64,000 bases of DNA from positions 832,001 through 896,000 of the forward strand of contig OZ219865.1 of NCBI GenBank assembly GCA_964291675.2. The letters are read 5' to 3'. The stretch is from Alphaproteobacteria bacterium. GTDB lineage: Bacteria > Pseudomonadota > Alphaproteobacteria > MPNO01. Below are positions 1 through 10,600 of this stretch, in pieces. Position numbers and translations under genes: made by a program. A model generated the notes under the pieces. It was not told the origin of the DNA, did not search any database, and saw nothing but the letters and a program-made list of their open reading frames with translations. Every line of letters starts with the position of its first letter. The first letter of the stretch is position 1.

Positions 1-2
1 AC

Positions 3-476
3 AAGGCGCTGCTGGAGCCGCTCGGCCGCGGCCAGCTCCGCGCCCTGCTCTCCTTCGACGAGACGCGGCTCGATGCGACCGGCAATGTCGAGCTGCGCTG
101 CTGGGCGATCGGCGCCGGGGCGCTCGGCGAGCGGGTGCCGGACGTGGTCCAGCTCGACCCGAGCTGGCACCACATCTACGGCTCGCTCGGCTTTCTCACA
201 CCGCGCGCCGAACCCGCCGGCACGCCGCACTACCCGCCGGTCCATGCCGAGCGGGTCGAGCTCACCCGCATCCTGCATCTGCTCTCGAACAGCGCCAGCG
301 AGCGGGCGCGCTATGTCGGCGACCCCGCGGGCTATGCCGCCGCGGCCGGGCTCGGCGCCGACGAGACCGAGGCGCTTGCCGAACTCGACATGGAGCGCAT
401 GCGCGCGCTCGGCGTCCACCCGATGGTGCCCTTCCTGACCCGGCTGCAGATCGACCACGAACGGGCGGGCCGATGA
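3..476 (+). CDS. Extradiol ring-cleavage dioxygenase, LigB-type catalytic domain fused to C-terminal LigA-like domain (5' truncated by window edge)
   Basis: Frame open from base 3 (KALLEPLGRGQ...GNVELRCW, resembles the LigB/MhpB G-x-x-E-x-R-x-W motif). C-terminal ERARYVGDPAGYAAAAGL...LGVHPM resembles LigA. Confidence 0.65.
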   Translation, partial: KALLEPLGRGQLRALLSFDETRLDATGNVELRCWAIGAGALGERVPDVVQLDPSWHHIYGSLGFLTPRAEPAGTPHYPPVHAERVELTRILHLLSNSASERARYVGDPAGYAAAAGLGADETEALAELDMERMRALGVHPMVPFLTRLQIDHERAGR

Positions 477-502
477 TCCATACCGGCCTGGCGGCGGGTC
501 GA

Positions 503-590
503 GTGGATGGCCGGAACACCCCCGGACTCGTTGCGGGGGCCGGCTCTCCATGCGCCGCCCGTGGATGGCCGGATCGAGCCCGGCCATGAC
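503..590. repeat. REP-like palindromic repeat, family B (GGATGGCCGG...CCGGCCATGAC)
   Basis: Same motifs recur at 23919, 25029-25256 and 47037-47577. Confidence 0.7.
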
Positions 591-635
591 GTGCGGGGGC
601 CGCGTCGAAGGACCGCCCGCGAGGGGTCCGCGGCG

Positions 636-1802
636 ATGATCTGGACCGGCCTCGCGGCCGCCGCGCTGGCCGCCTGGCTGGGGCTGCTGGCCGGGCGGGG
701 CGGGTTCTGGCGCGCGACCCCGCGGCTCGACGGGGCGGGCGACGCCCCTCCCCCGCCCGCTTCCTGGCCGGCGGTCGCCGCCGTGGTGCCGGCGCGGGAC
801 GAGGCGGAGACGGTCGGCGCGGCGGTGGCGTCGCTGGCGGCGCAGGACTACCCGGGCGCGTTCTCGGTCGTGGTGGTGGACGACGGCAGCGGCGACGGAA
901 CGGCGGAGATCGCGCGCGCCGCCGGGGCGGGCGCCGATGTCGCGGTTCTGCCCGCGGGCGCGCTGGCCGAGGGCTGGAAGGGCAAGGTCTGGGCGCTCGC
1001 GCGCGGCCTCGCCCATGTCGCGGAGACCCGGCCGGATGTCCGCTTTCTGTGGCTGACCGATGCCGACATCGTGCACCAGCCGGACATGCTGCGCGCGCTG
1101 GTCGCGGACTCCGAGGCGCGCCGGCTCGACCTCCTCTCGCTGATGGTGCGGCTGCGCGCAAAATCGTTCTGGGAGCGGCTGCTGATCCCGCCCTTCGTGC
1201 TGTTCTTCCGCAAGCTCTACCCCTTCGCCTGGGTCAACGACCCGAGGCGGCGGACCGCCGCGGCGGCGGGCGGCTGCGTGCTGCTCAGACGCGGCGCGCT
1301 GGAGCGGATCGGCGGGATCGGGGCGATCCGCGACGCGCTGATCGACGACATCGCGCTGGCCAGCGCGGTGAAGCCGGGCGGGCCGATCCGCATCGCGCTC
1401 ACCGCGGGCTCGCGCTCGATCCGGCGCTACCCCGGGCTCGGGCCGATCTGGTCGATGGTGGCGCGCTCGGCCTTCGACCAGCTCGGCCATTCCGCGCTCG
1501 CGCTGGCGCTCACCGTGCTCGGCATGGCGTTCGCCTATCTCCTGCCGCCGGCCGCCGTGATCGCGCTGCCGCTGCACGGCGAGCCTCTGGCCGCCGGGCT
1601 CGGCGCCGCCGCCTGGTTCGCGATCGCGTTCGCCGCCGCGCCCACCTGCCGCCTCTACGGCCGGAACCCGCTCGCCGGGTTCGCCCTGCCGGTTGCGGCG
1701 GCGCTGTTCACCGCCATGACCGTCGATTCGGCGCGCCGGCACTGGACCTGCGGCAGCGTCTGGAAGTCGCGCGTCTACGCCGCCGGGCGGGGCGATGGCT
1801 GA
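636..1802 (+). CDS. hpnB: Hopene-associated glycosyltransferase HpnB (GT2)
   Basis: VVPARDE, VVVDDGSGDGT, GWKGKVWAL, TDADI, ALIDDIALA motifs. Overlaps hpnC start. Start moved to ATG 636 because the upstream extension is a REP element. Confidence 0.85.
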   Translation: MIWTGLAAAALAAWLGLLAGRGGFWRATPRLDGAGDAPPPPASWPAVAAVVPARDEAETVGAAVASLAAQDYPGAFSVVVVDDGSGDGTAEIARAAGAGADVAVLPAGALAEGWKGKVWALARGLAHVAETRPDVRFLWLTDADIVHQPDMLRALVADSEARRLDLLSLMVRLRAKSFWERLLIPPFVLFFRKLYPFAWVNDPRRRTAAAAGGCVLLRRGALERIGGIGAIRDALIDDIALASAVKPGGPIRIALTAGSRSIRRYPGLGPIWSMVARSAFDQLGHSALALALTVLGMAFAYLLPPAAVIALPLHGEPLAAGLGAAAWFAIAFAAAPTCRLYGRNPLAGFALPVAAALFTAMTVDSARRHWTCGSVWKSRVYAAGRGDG

Positions 1803-2658
1803 GCGCGCCGCCGCGGACGCCCTGGAAGCGCCTTCCGGCAAGTGGTCGGGCGACGAGAACTTTCCGGTCGGCTCGTGGCTGCTGCCGGCCCGGCTGCGCC
1901 CGCACATCGCGGCCTACTACGCCATCGCGCGGACCACCGACGACATCGCCGACGACCCGGACCTGCTGCCGGAGGAGAAGATTCGACGGCTGGACGTCTT
2001 CGCCGCCGCGGTCGTCGGGGAGGCGGCGCCCGGGCCGGTCCCGGCGAGCGCGGCGCGCATGCGGGACAGCCTGGCCGCCACCGGGCTCGGGCCGCGCCAC
2101 GTGCTCGACATCATCGCCGCCTTCAGGCAGGACGCGACCAAGCGGCGCTACGCCTCGTGGGACGAGCTGATGGGCTATTGCAACCTGTCGGCGGCGCCGG
2201 TCGGGCGCTACGTCCTGGACCTGCACGGCGAGGACCGCGCCACCTGGGCCGTATCCGACCCGCTCTGCAACGCGCTCCAGGTGCTCAACCATCTGCAGGA
2301 TTGCCGCGACGACTACCTTGCGCTCGGCCGGGTCTATCTGCCCGAGCCCTGGCTGGCGGCGGCGGGGATCGGCGCCGACGCGCTGGCCGCCGAGCGTGCC
2401 GGCGCGGGCTTGCGCGCGGTGCTCGACCGCATGCTCGACGGCGTCGACGGGCTGATGGCAGAGGCCCGCCTGCTGCCGGGCGCGGTGCGCAGCCGGCGGC
2501 TCGCGATGGAGACCGCGGTCATCGTCCGCCTCGCCGGGCGCCTCACGGCGCTGCTGCGCGACGGCGACCCTCTCGCCCGCCGTGTCGCGCTCACCCGCCG
2601 GGACTTCGCCCGCGCCACCCTCGCCGGCGCCATCGGCGGCCTGGTGCTGCGCCGCTGA
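1795..2658 (+). CDS. hpnC: Squalene synthase-family HpnC (hydroxysqualene synthase)
   Basis: N-terminal ENFPVGSWLLP signature, RTTDDIAD, LQVLNHLQD, GRVYLP. Confidence 0.92.
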   Translation: MAERAAADALEAPSGKWSGDENFPVGSWLLPARLRPHIAAYYAIARTTDDIADDPDLLPEEKIRRLDVFAAAVVGEAAPGPVPASAARMRDSLAATGLGPRHVLDIIAAFRQDATKRRYASWDELMGYCNLSAAPVGRYVLDLHGEDRATWAVSDPLCNALQVLNHLQDCRDDYLALGRVYLPEPWLAAAGIGADALAAERAGAGLRAVLDRMLDGVDGLMAEARLLPGAVRSRRLAMETAVIVRLAGRLTALLRDGDPLARRVALTRRDFARATLAGAIGGLVLRR

Positions 2659-2718
2659 CTGAATTCGTTCGCAAAGATATTCCTGCAAATCATTGCTTAT
2701 AGGGAATTTCATGGTTTT

Positions 2719-2838
2719 GACCGGTGCCTGGCGATCGGCCGCCATGGACCGGTGACCGCGGAGCGGGCAAGGCGCATCGCCCACGAGACGCCGGGCAAGG
2801 TCGCCGCCGGGGAGGATCCGGCGGAGGGCCGCGCCCGG
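2719..2838 (+). pseudogene. Fragment of tyrosine integrase N-terminal arm-DNA-binding domain (Arm-DNA-bind_3/DUF4102-like)
   Basis: Frame 1 reads DRCLAIGRHGPVTAERARRIAHETPGKVAAGEDPAEGRAR, matching the typical TIGRHG..T.E.AR..A...L..V..G.DP pattern. No ATG, no catalytic domain. Confidence 0.7.
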
Positions 2839-3037
2839 TCGCCCAGTGGCGCGCGACGCCGCCCTCGTTCATGAGATCGACGGCTTCGACCGGCGGGCAG
2901 ACGCTCCTGACTTTCGACTTCCGGGGTTCTCAGGGTAGAGTCAGCGAGTTCTTGCTCTTTTGAACGCCGGCGTTAGTCTATATTACGTTGGACGGTCGAA
3001 AGGCCTAACACTTTGTGGAAACTGGAGGCTCACCATT

Positions 3038-3268
3038 ATGTCAGCTACAGAAGACCGTGTCAGAGAACTGTTCCGCCAACATTTGGACGCCGATCGCGAT
3101 CCGGATTTTAGTGTCGGATTGGGCGATTCGGGGATCTCGTCGATGGACGCGGTCAAATTCGTCAAGGAGGTCGGAGACGCGTTCAACGTGGAGATGCGCG
3201 CCGAGGACGTTTCGGAATTCCAGACCCTGGGGGACGTCGTCAGATATCTGGATACCCACGCCAGTTGA
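3038..3268 (+). CDS. supB: Stand-alone acyl carrier protein (SupB-like)
   Basis: 76 aa, acidic, LGDSGISSMDAV phosphopantetheine-site region, C-terminal FQTLGDVVRYL. GGAGG RBS at 3024-3028. Confidence 0.8.
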   Translation: MSATEDRVRELFRQHLDADRDPDFSVGLGDSGISSMDAVKFVKEVGDAFNVEMRAEDVSEFQTLGDVVRYLDTHAS

Positions 3269-3678
3269 TCGTCCCGGGTTAGGATATAGCCTGGGGGAAT
3301 CCATACCGGTGAAGCCGAGCACCCCGTTTTCCGGGGTGCTCGGCGCGTTGGGGGCAGGGACGCCCGGAGATGGCGGGTGTCGCAGAGGCGCCGAACGCTT
3401 CCGGTAGACCGGCACGTCACAGCGGTTCCGGCGCGCTGTCGTCTGTTCCTTGACGACGCGAAAGCCCTCTCCCTCTTTGCCGATCCCGAGTTGCAAGGAT
3501 CTTGGGGGACCGAAGCTCCGGATTGGCTCGAACATCCGGAGCATGCACGCTTGCGGGGCTTCCGGCATCCGCGGCTGAGGCACGGCTTTCCCGCTCTGCC
3601 GCGCGGCATTGGCCCGCTTCGGTTTCGTCGAGTCTTCCGCCCGGACGGTGAAGCCGAGGATCCCATGAAAGGACAACC

Positions 3679-4578
3679 GTGACTTCGGAGACGGTCTGGG
3701 AAATCCCCCAGCCGAATTCCGTGTGCGAGGTACACCTCCACGACGGATCGGTCACCACCGTGCGTCGTCACGGAAACCCATCCGGCCCCCGGCTGGTTCT
3801 AAGCCACGGCAACGGTCTTGCGATCGATCTCTACTATCCCTTCTGGTCATTGCTCGCCGACGATTTCGATGTGGTGGTCTACGACCTGCGAAACCACGGG
3901 TGGAACTCCGTTGGCGTTCGGCAAAACCACAATATTCCCATTCTGATGCATGACCACGATCTCGTTCTCGAAGCCGTGTTCCGTCGATACGGGGAACGGA
4001 CCACCGTCGGCGTGTTCCACTCGGTATCCGCTCTGATTTCGCTTCTGTCGTTTTCCAGGCGCTTCTCGGCGCAAATTCTCTTCGATCCTCCGCTGTGCAA
4101 GCCGACCGCGAACGAAGCGGAGTTCGATGCGGCCGTCGAGCGGCAGGCGGCACTGGTCCAACGGCGCGAATACCGGTTCCGGACGGAGGGGGAGTTCGCC
4201 GACTTCCTGGCGTACATGCGGGGCTTCAGGCGCGTGGTACCCGGGGTGCGCGAGCTCGTGGCCAGCACCACGCTTCGCCGATCCCCGGACGGGGAGGGTT
4301 TCGAGCTCCGATGTCCTCGGGAGTACGAAGCGCAGATCATGGAATACGTCAGGAGCTTCTCGCCGCTCATGGATCTGGAGGAGCTCTCCTGCCCGACCAA
4401 GGTCATCGGGGCCGACCCCACGCTGCCCAGCACGTACCTGCCGGCGTTCGACCTGAGCAAGATGCTGACCGTGGACTACGATTTCCTGCCCGAGTCGACC
4501 CACTTGCTCCAACTCGAGCAGCCGGCAAGATGCGCCGTGCTGCTCAAGGAGTTTCTCGCGAGCAATCGGATCGCCTAG
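3679..4578 (+). CDS. supD: Alpha/beta hydrolase (SupD-like)
   Basis: LSHGNG, YDLRNHG, VFHSVSA nucleophile elbow, THLLQLE catalytic His. Adjacent to ACP and PKS. Confidence 0.8.
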   Translation: MTSETVWEIPQPNSVCEVHLHDGSVTTVRRHGNPSGPRLVLSHGNGLAIDLYYPFWSLLADDFDVVVYDLRNHGWNSVGVRQNHNIPILMHDHDLVLEAVFRRYGERTTVGVFHSVSALISLLSFSRRFSAQILFDPPLCKPTANEAEFDAAVERQAALVQRREYRFRTEGEFADFLAYMRGFRRVVPGVRELVASTTLRRSPDGEGFELRCPREYEAQIMEYVRSFSPLMDLEELSCPTKVIGADPTLPSTYLPAFDLSKMLTVDYDFLPESTHLLQLEQPARCAVLLKEFLASNRIA

Positions 4579-4617
4579 GGCGGCGCCCGCCAGCGCGTAT
4601 GGTTGGCGGGCGAGAGA

Positions 4618-7600
4618 CTACGTCTTCGGCGCATCGACCCAATGGCGCCGGCGCTCGAACGGATAGCCCGGCACCGGGATGCGGCGCCGCGTCTCTCCCG
4701 CGAAGAGCCCGGCGAACGCGATCGGGAGCCCCGCCTCGTAGGCGCGGGCCACCGCCTGCACGAACCCGGCATCGACCTCCGGCGCAGCTCCCGGACCCGT
4801 CAGCACGACCGGCCCGCCAGCGCCATTCCCCGCCGCTACCGCGGCGCCCGCGGAGTCCGGCCAGTGAGAGGCGATCATCGGGCCGATCGACCCGCGAGGA
4901 CCGATCTCCACAACCGCCCCCACCCCCCGCTCCGCCAGCGTCCGGATGCATTGCCCGTGCGCGGCGGGCTCGCGCGGGTGTCGCAGTCCGAACGCCGTTT
5001 CAAGCATCTCTTCGGACCCCGTCACCCGGCCCGTGACGCCGCTCACCAGCGCGATGGTCGGTGGCCTGGGCACAAGTCCCGCGAGTGCCGCGTCGATACC
5101 GTCTGCCGCGCCGGCGGTTTTCGCCGTCTCCCGCGCCACGGCCAGCAGGAGCCCTTCTTCGAGGCCCAGCGCCCCAGCCGCATGTGCCGCCGCCAGCTCG
5201 CCCACGCCGAAACCGACAACCGCGCTCGGCCGGACTCCCACGCTCGACCACAGCGCGGTGAGCGCACACTGAAACGCATAGAGCGCCGGGTCGTCGAGCG
5301 TTCGCTCCGGGCCGGATTCGCCGGACAGCCAGTCGAGCAGCGACGCGCCGCGTTGCTCGCGAAGGACCGCCTCGCAGCGGTCGAAGAGCGCCCTCGCGAC
5401 CGGCTCGCCGCGATAGAGCGCTTGCGCCGCGGCAGCCGCATCGTCGCCCTCGCCGGGGTACGCGAACGCCGTCTTCGCCGGCTCGCAACCGTCTGGCCCG
5501 TTCGACCTGTCCGCGATCGCGCTCAAGCTCGCGTGGAGCGACGCCGCATCGTGAAAGACGACGCCGGCGCGGTGAGGGAAGTGGCTGCGGCCGATTCCGG
5601 CCGTCCACGCCATGTCGGCGAGCAACGACTCCGACGCGGACGGGAGGTTCGCCGCCGCCCCGTTGCGCTCGTCGAGCCAGGAGAGATACCGCCCGGCAAG
5701 CGTTCGCAAGGCGCCGTCCGACTTCCCCGAAAGCGGCAGGAGCCGAACCGCGCGCAAGCCGTCCGATTCCGTTACCGGCGCGTGGTCCCGGCCGGGATCG
5801 GGGAGAGAAATCGCGACCGTGCCCGGAGCCCCTTGCGGAGACGCCGCATCGACGGATCCATCGGTTCCGTTCGTCGCCCCGTATCCTTCCACCACGAGGT
5901 GCGCGTTCGAGCCGGAGATCCCGAAAGCGCTCACCGCCGCTCGGGGTGGCCGGCTACCGTCGAGGGGCCAGCCCGTCGGTTCCGAAGTCACCCGAACGGG
6001 AAGCCGGTCCCAGTCCAAATGCGGATTCGGCGCCTCGAAGTGCAGGTGTTTCGGGATCACGCCGCGGCGCATCGCGAGGACGACCTTGATGATCCCCGCG
6101 ACGCCCGCCGCCGCCTCGAGATGACCGATGTTGGTCTTGACCGTTCCCATCAACAGCGGGCGGGCGGGGTCTCGCCCCTCGCCGTAGACCGCCGCCGCCG
6201 CCTGCACCTCGATGGGATCCCCGAGCGCCGAGGCGGTGCCGTGCGCCTCGAGGTAATCCACCTCCGCAGGGGCGATCCCGGCCCGGGACAGGGCGTCCTC
6301 GATCACCGCCTCCTGGGCCGGCCCGTTCGGAACCGTCAGGCCTGCGCTCGCACCGTTGTGGTTCACGGCCGTTCCGCGAACGACCGCCCAAATGGGGTCG
6401 CCATCCGCCTCGGCGTCGGCGAGACGCTTGAGGACGACAATTCCGCAGCCCTCGCCGCGCACGTAACCGTCCGCGGCCGCATCGAAGGCTCTGCATTGTC
6501 CGGTCGAAGACAGCATGCCGACTTCGACGAAGAATTTGGTGATCGCGGAGGACAGGATCGCGTTGACTCCGCCTGCGAGTGCGAGGTTCACCTCGCCTCG
6601 ATGCAACGCCGAGACGGCCTCGTGCACCGCGGCGAGCGACGATGCGCAGGTCATGTCGAAGGGGATCGCCGGACCCATGAGCCCCAGCGCGAAGGCGACC
6701 CGCCCGGCGGCCACGCTCCCCGCTGTCTCGAGAACCGCGATATCCCTTCCGCTCCTGGCGATCACCTCCCGATACTCGGAGCCGCTGATCCCGACATACA
6801 CACCGGTGCGGCTGCCTTCCAGCCCGCCGGCGTCGATTCCCGCGTCCTCGAGCGCCTGCCAGCTCGTTTCGAGCAGCATCCGTTGCTGAGGGTCCACGGT
6901 CCGCGCCTCGATCGGCCGCATCCCGAAGAACCGTGCATCGAACTCGTCGATACCCGCGACAAATCCTCCGTACCGGAACGCCGCATTGTCGAAACCGGGG
7001 TCTTCGCCGGGAACCGGCTGAACAGCGGAGTCGGGCCGTCGGTCGGCGACCGCGTCGATGCCCGCCTCGAGTTGATTCCAGAACTCGGTGAGACCGCTGG
7101 CGCCGGGGAACCGGCAAGCCATGCCGACGATCGCGATCCCGTCGCGTTCGGCGGCGCGATTGTCGGCATGGGTTGGCGGCGGCCGCCGGTCGGGCCTTCG
7201 GCGGCGCGGCCGCTCAACCGGTCGCGCAGCCGTCTCGGCTGCGCCGCCCGCGCCGAGCTCTCCCAGCTCGCCTGCCAGGAATTGCGCGAGGGCGGCCGTG
7301 TGGGGATAGTCGAACATCACCGTGTTCGATGCGGTATAGACCCCGGCCAATCCCCGGTTCAGGCGGTTGCGCAGCTCCACCGCCATCAGCGAATCCATCC
7401 CGAGATCGAAGAATCTCGCGGTCGGGGACGGCGGCGACGATAGACGCAGCACCGCCTGCAACTCCTCCCGGAGGAAGGAGGCCAGCACGTCTTCCCGTTC
7501 CCCGGCGGGCACCGCCCGGAGCCGGGACAGGAGATCGTTCTCCGGAGCGGCCGCCGCGGGCTCGGCCTCGGCCGGAGTCCGGGTCATGAGATCTTCCAGG

Positions 7601-10600
7601 AGCGCCGGGCTCGCGCCGAAGCTCTCGGCATAGACCGACCAGTCGACGGCGGTCACCGCCCCGGCCGCGAGATCCTGCGACACGAGTTGATCGAAGGCCC
7701 GCAAGCCCTGCTGCGGCGTGACCCAGCGCACACCGCGGGCCGCAAGATGCTCCTCGATCCGGTCTCGTTGCTCCTCCGCCTCGCCGACCCCCGACCACGC
7801 GCCCCAGGCGATGGCCTGACCCGGCAGCCCCCGGGCGCGTCGGTGGGCAGCGAGCCGGTCGAGATAAGCATTGGCGGAGGCATGGTTCGCCTGACCCGCC
7901 GATCCGAGGATCCCCACCACGCTGGAAAAGAGGATGAAGAGATCCAGGTCGCGGTCCTCGGTCGCCCGGTGCAGGTACCAGGCGCCCAGAACCTTCGGCC
8001 ACAGGACCTGTTCGAACCGCTCCCAGCTCTGGTTCCCGAGCGCGCCGTCCGACAGCACGCCCACGCTGTGGATCACCCCGGCGAGCGGCGGAAGCTCGGC
8101 ATCCATCCGCGCGAGCATCGCATCCACAGCCGCACCGTCCGTCATGTCGGCAAGCTCCACGCGAACAGTGACGCCGCGCGCTTCGAGCGCGCGCATCGCG
8201 TCCTCGGCCGCGGGGTCCGGGGGGCGCCGCCCGTTCAGCACGATCGTCTTCGCGCCCCGGTCCGCGAGCTGGCCGGCCACCGCGCAGCCGATCCCGCCGA
8301 GGCCCCCGGTGACGAGATAGGTCCGGTCCTCCCGCAGCCGGCCCCGGGTGAGCGGCGGCATGGTGAGGACGATCTTTCCGATATGCCGGGCCGAGCGCAT
8401 GAACGCCATCGCCGGCGCCGCCTCGGCGAGCGGCCAGCGGCTGTGGGGCAGCGGGGTCAGCTCTCCCGACTCCAGCCGGTCCATCACGCCCCGCAGGGCC
8501 GCGCCCGGCCGGGCGGGATCGGATTCCTTGAGAACGTCCAGCCGCAACACCGAGTAGGCCACGTCCGGACGGGCCGCCGACATCGCCGCCTCGCTCCAGA
8601 TGTCCCGCGCGCCGAGCTCGACGAATCGGCCGGCGGGCGCGAGACATTCGAGGCTCGCCTCGATGAAGCCCGGCCCGGTGAGGCTGTTCAGCACGACGTC
8701 GACGCCCCGGCCGGCCGTCGCATCGAGGATCTCCTTGCCGAAGGCGGTCTGCCGGCTGTCGAACACCCGCGAAACGCCGAGCGAGCGGAGATAGTCCTGC
8801 TTGGATGCGCTCGCCGTCGCGATCGCTTCCGCACCGGCTGCATGGGCAAGCTGGATCGCCGCCAGCCCGACACCGCCGGCCCCGGCGTGGATCAGCACCC
8901 GCTCGCCGGCCTTCAGCCCGGCCAGATCGAACGCGAGCGCCGCGGTGGCGAAGGCTACCGGAACGGTCGCCAGCGCCGCCGCCGGCATCCGCTCCGGCGC
9001 CGGCGCCACGAGCTCGCCCCGGGTCACGACTTCCGGCCCGAACGCGCCGAACGCAAGGCCCACCACGCGGTCGCCGACGGCAACGCCCGCGACCTCCGGT
9101 CCCGCCTCGACGACCCGGCCGCACATCTCGCGGCCGAGCAATCCGGTATCGAGGGCTCCGGTCGCCCGCAGCACGTCCCGGAAGTTGAGACCCGCCGCCT
9201 CGACCGCCACCCGAACCTCTCCGGGCTCAAGCCCGTTCGATGGCGCCGTCTCCACCCGCAGGCCGTCCAGGGATCCGCCCTCGTCGGGCGCAAGCCGCCA
9301 GCCGGACTCCTCGGGGAGCGCGATCCGCGGCGTTGCGGACCCGGTCCGGACGAGGCGCGCAACATGTCGCCTGCCGCGCCGGAAGGCGATGTGGTTCTCC
9401 GAGCCGGGGAACAGCAGCTCCTCGGCAAGCTCCGACCGCTGCACGGGCTCTTCGGGGTCGAGATCGATCATCCGCGCCCCGAGCTGCAGCGCTTCTCTGG
9501 CCACCGCCTTGCCGAAGCCCCACAGCGCGGCCCCGGCAATCTCGCCATCGCGTTCGCGCTCCAGCGACTGGGCGCCCCGGGTGACGAGCCACAGGCCCTT
9601 TGCGGGCGCGGCGCCCGCGTCCAGAACCCCCTGCACGAGCGAAAGGGCGCTCGTGACCGCCTTTCTCACGTCGTGCGCGACCTGTTCTGTCGTGGCCGCC
9701 GCGCCATGTCCGTCGAGCGCCGCGAGATGGACGATGCCGTGGAGGGGCGCGTCCCCGGGCAGCCCCTCGACGAGCGAACGCCAGGACTCCCGGCGTTCCG
9801 CCTGGACGAACGCCCTGAAGACGCCGGCCCCCGTGACCGGCGCCGCGTCTGCCGCCTCGTCCTCTCCCGCGATCACCACAGTCTGATTCCGGGCTGCAAG
9901 CGCCGCAGCGAGCGCCTCGCCGGCACCGTCGCGGTCCGGCGCCACGATCCAGACTCCGCGCGGCAGCGCGACCTCCTCCGGGCCGCGCGCCACGATGATG
10001 CCCGGACCGAGCGGCCGCCCGTCGTCGAAGGTGTCGACCCCCAGCACCTCCGTCTCCGCGAAACCCGCATCCGAGAACGCCCGGCGCCATGTCTCGGGAG
10101 CCGCGAGCGCATGGTCCGGCCGGTAGCTGTCGGCGAAGCGCCACCAGCCGTCCAGCATCCCGAAGGTGAGATCCTGGAGGTGCCGGCCGCGTATGAGTTC
10201 GAGGGCCAGGAGCTGGCCCCGGGGCGCGAGCAGCGACCGGCAGTGGGCCAGCGTCTCCCCGAGATCCCGGGTGGTGTGAAGCACGTTCGCCGCGACGACC
10301 AGGTCGTAGCCATGAGGATCGAAACCCTGCGCCGCGGGATCCGTCTCGATGTCGAGCGCGCGATACTCGATCGGCGCTCCGCTCGCCGCGAAGCGTGACT
10401 CCGCCTCGGCGAAGAATCCCGCCGAGATGTCGGTGAACATGTAGTCGAAACGCCCTTCCGGAAGCTCCGACAGGATCGGCTCGGTCGCCGATCCGGTGCC
10501 CGCGCCGACCTCCAGCACCCGCAGGCGCCGGCCTTCCGGCAGGTTTTCGACGGCGGCCCGGACCGCATCGGCCAGCATCCTGTTCGCTGCGCGGGCGGCA

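Noticed and set aside
2659-2720. attL/attR direct repeat or tRNA target for the island
   Set aside because: No matching direct repeat at the right junction and no tRNA-like sequence seen by eye
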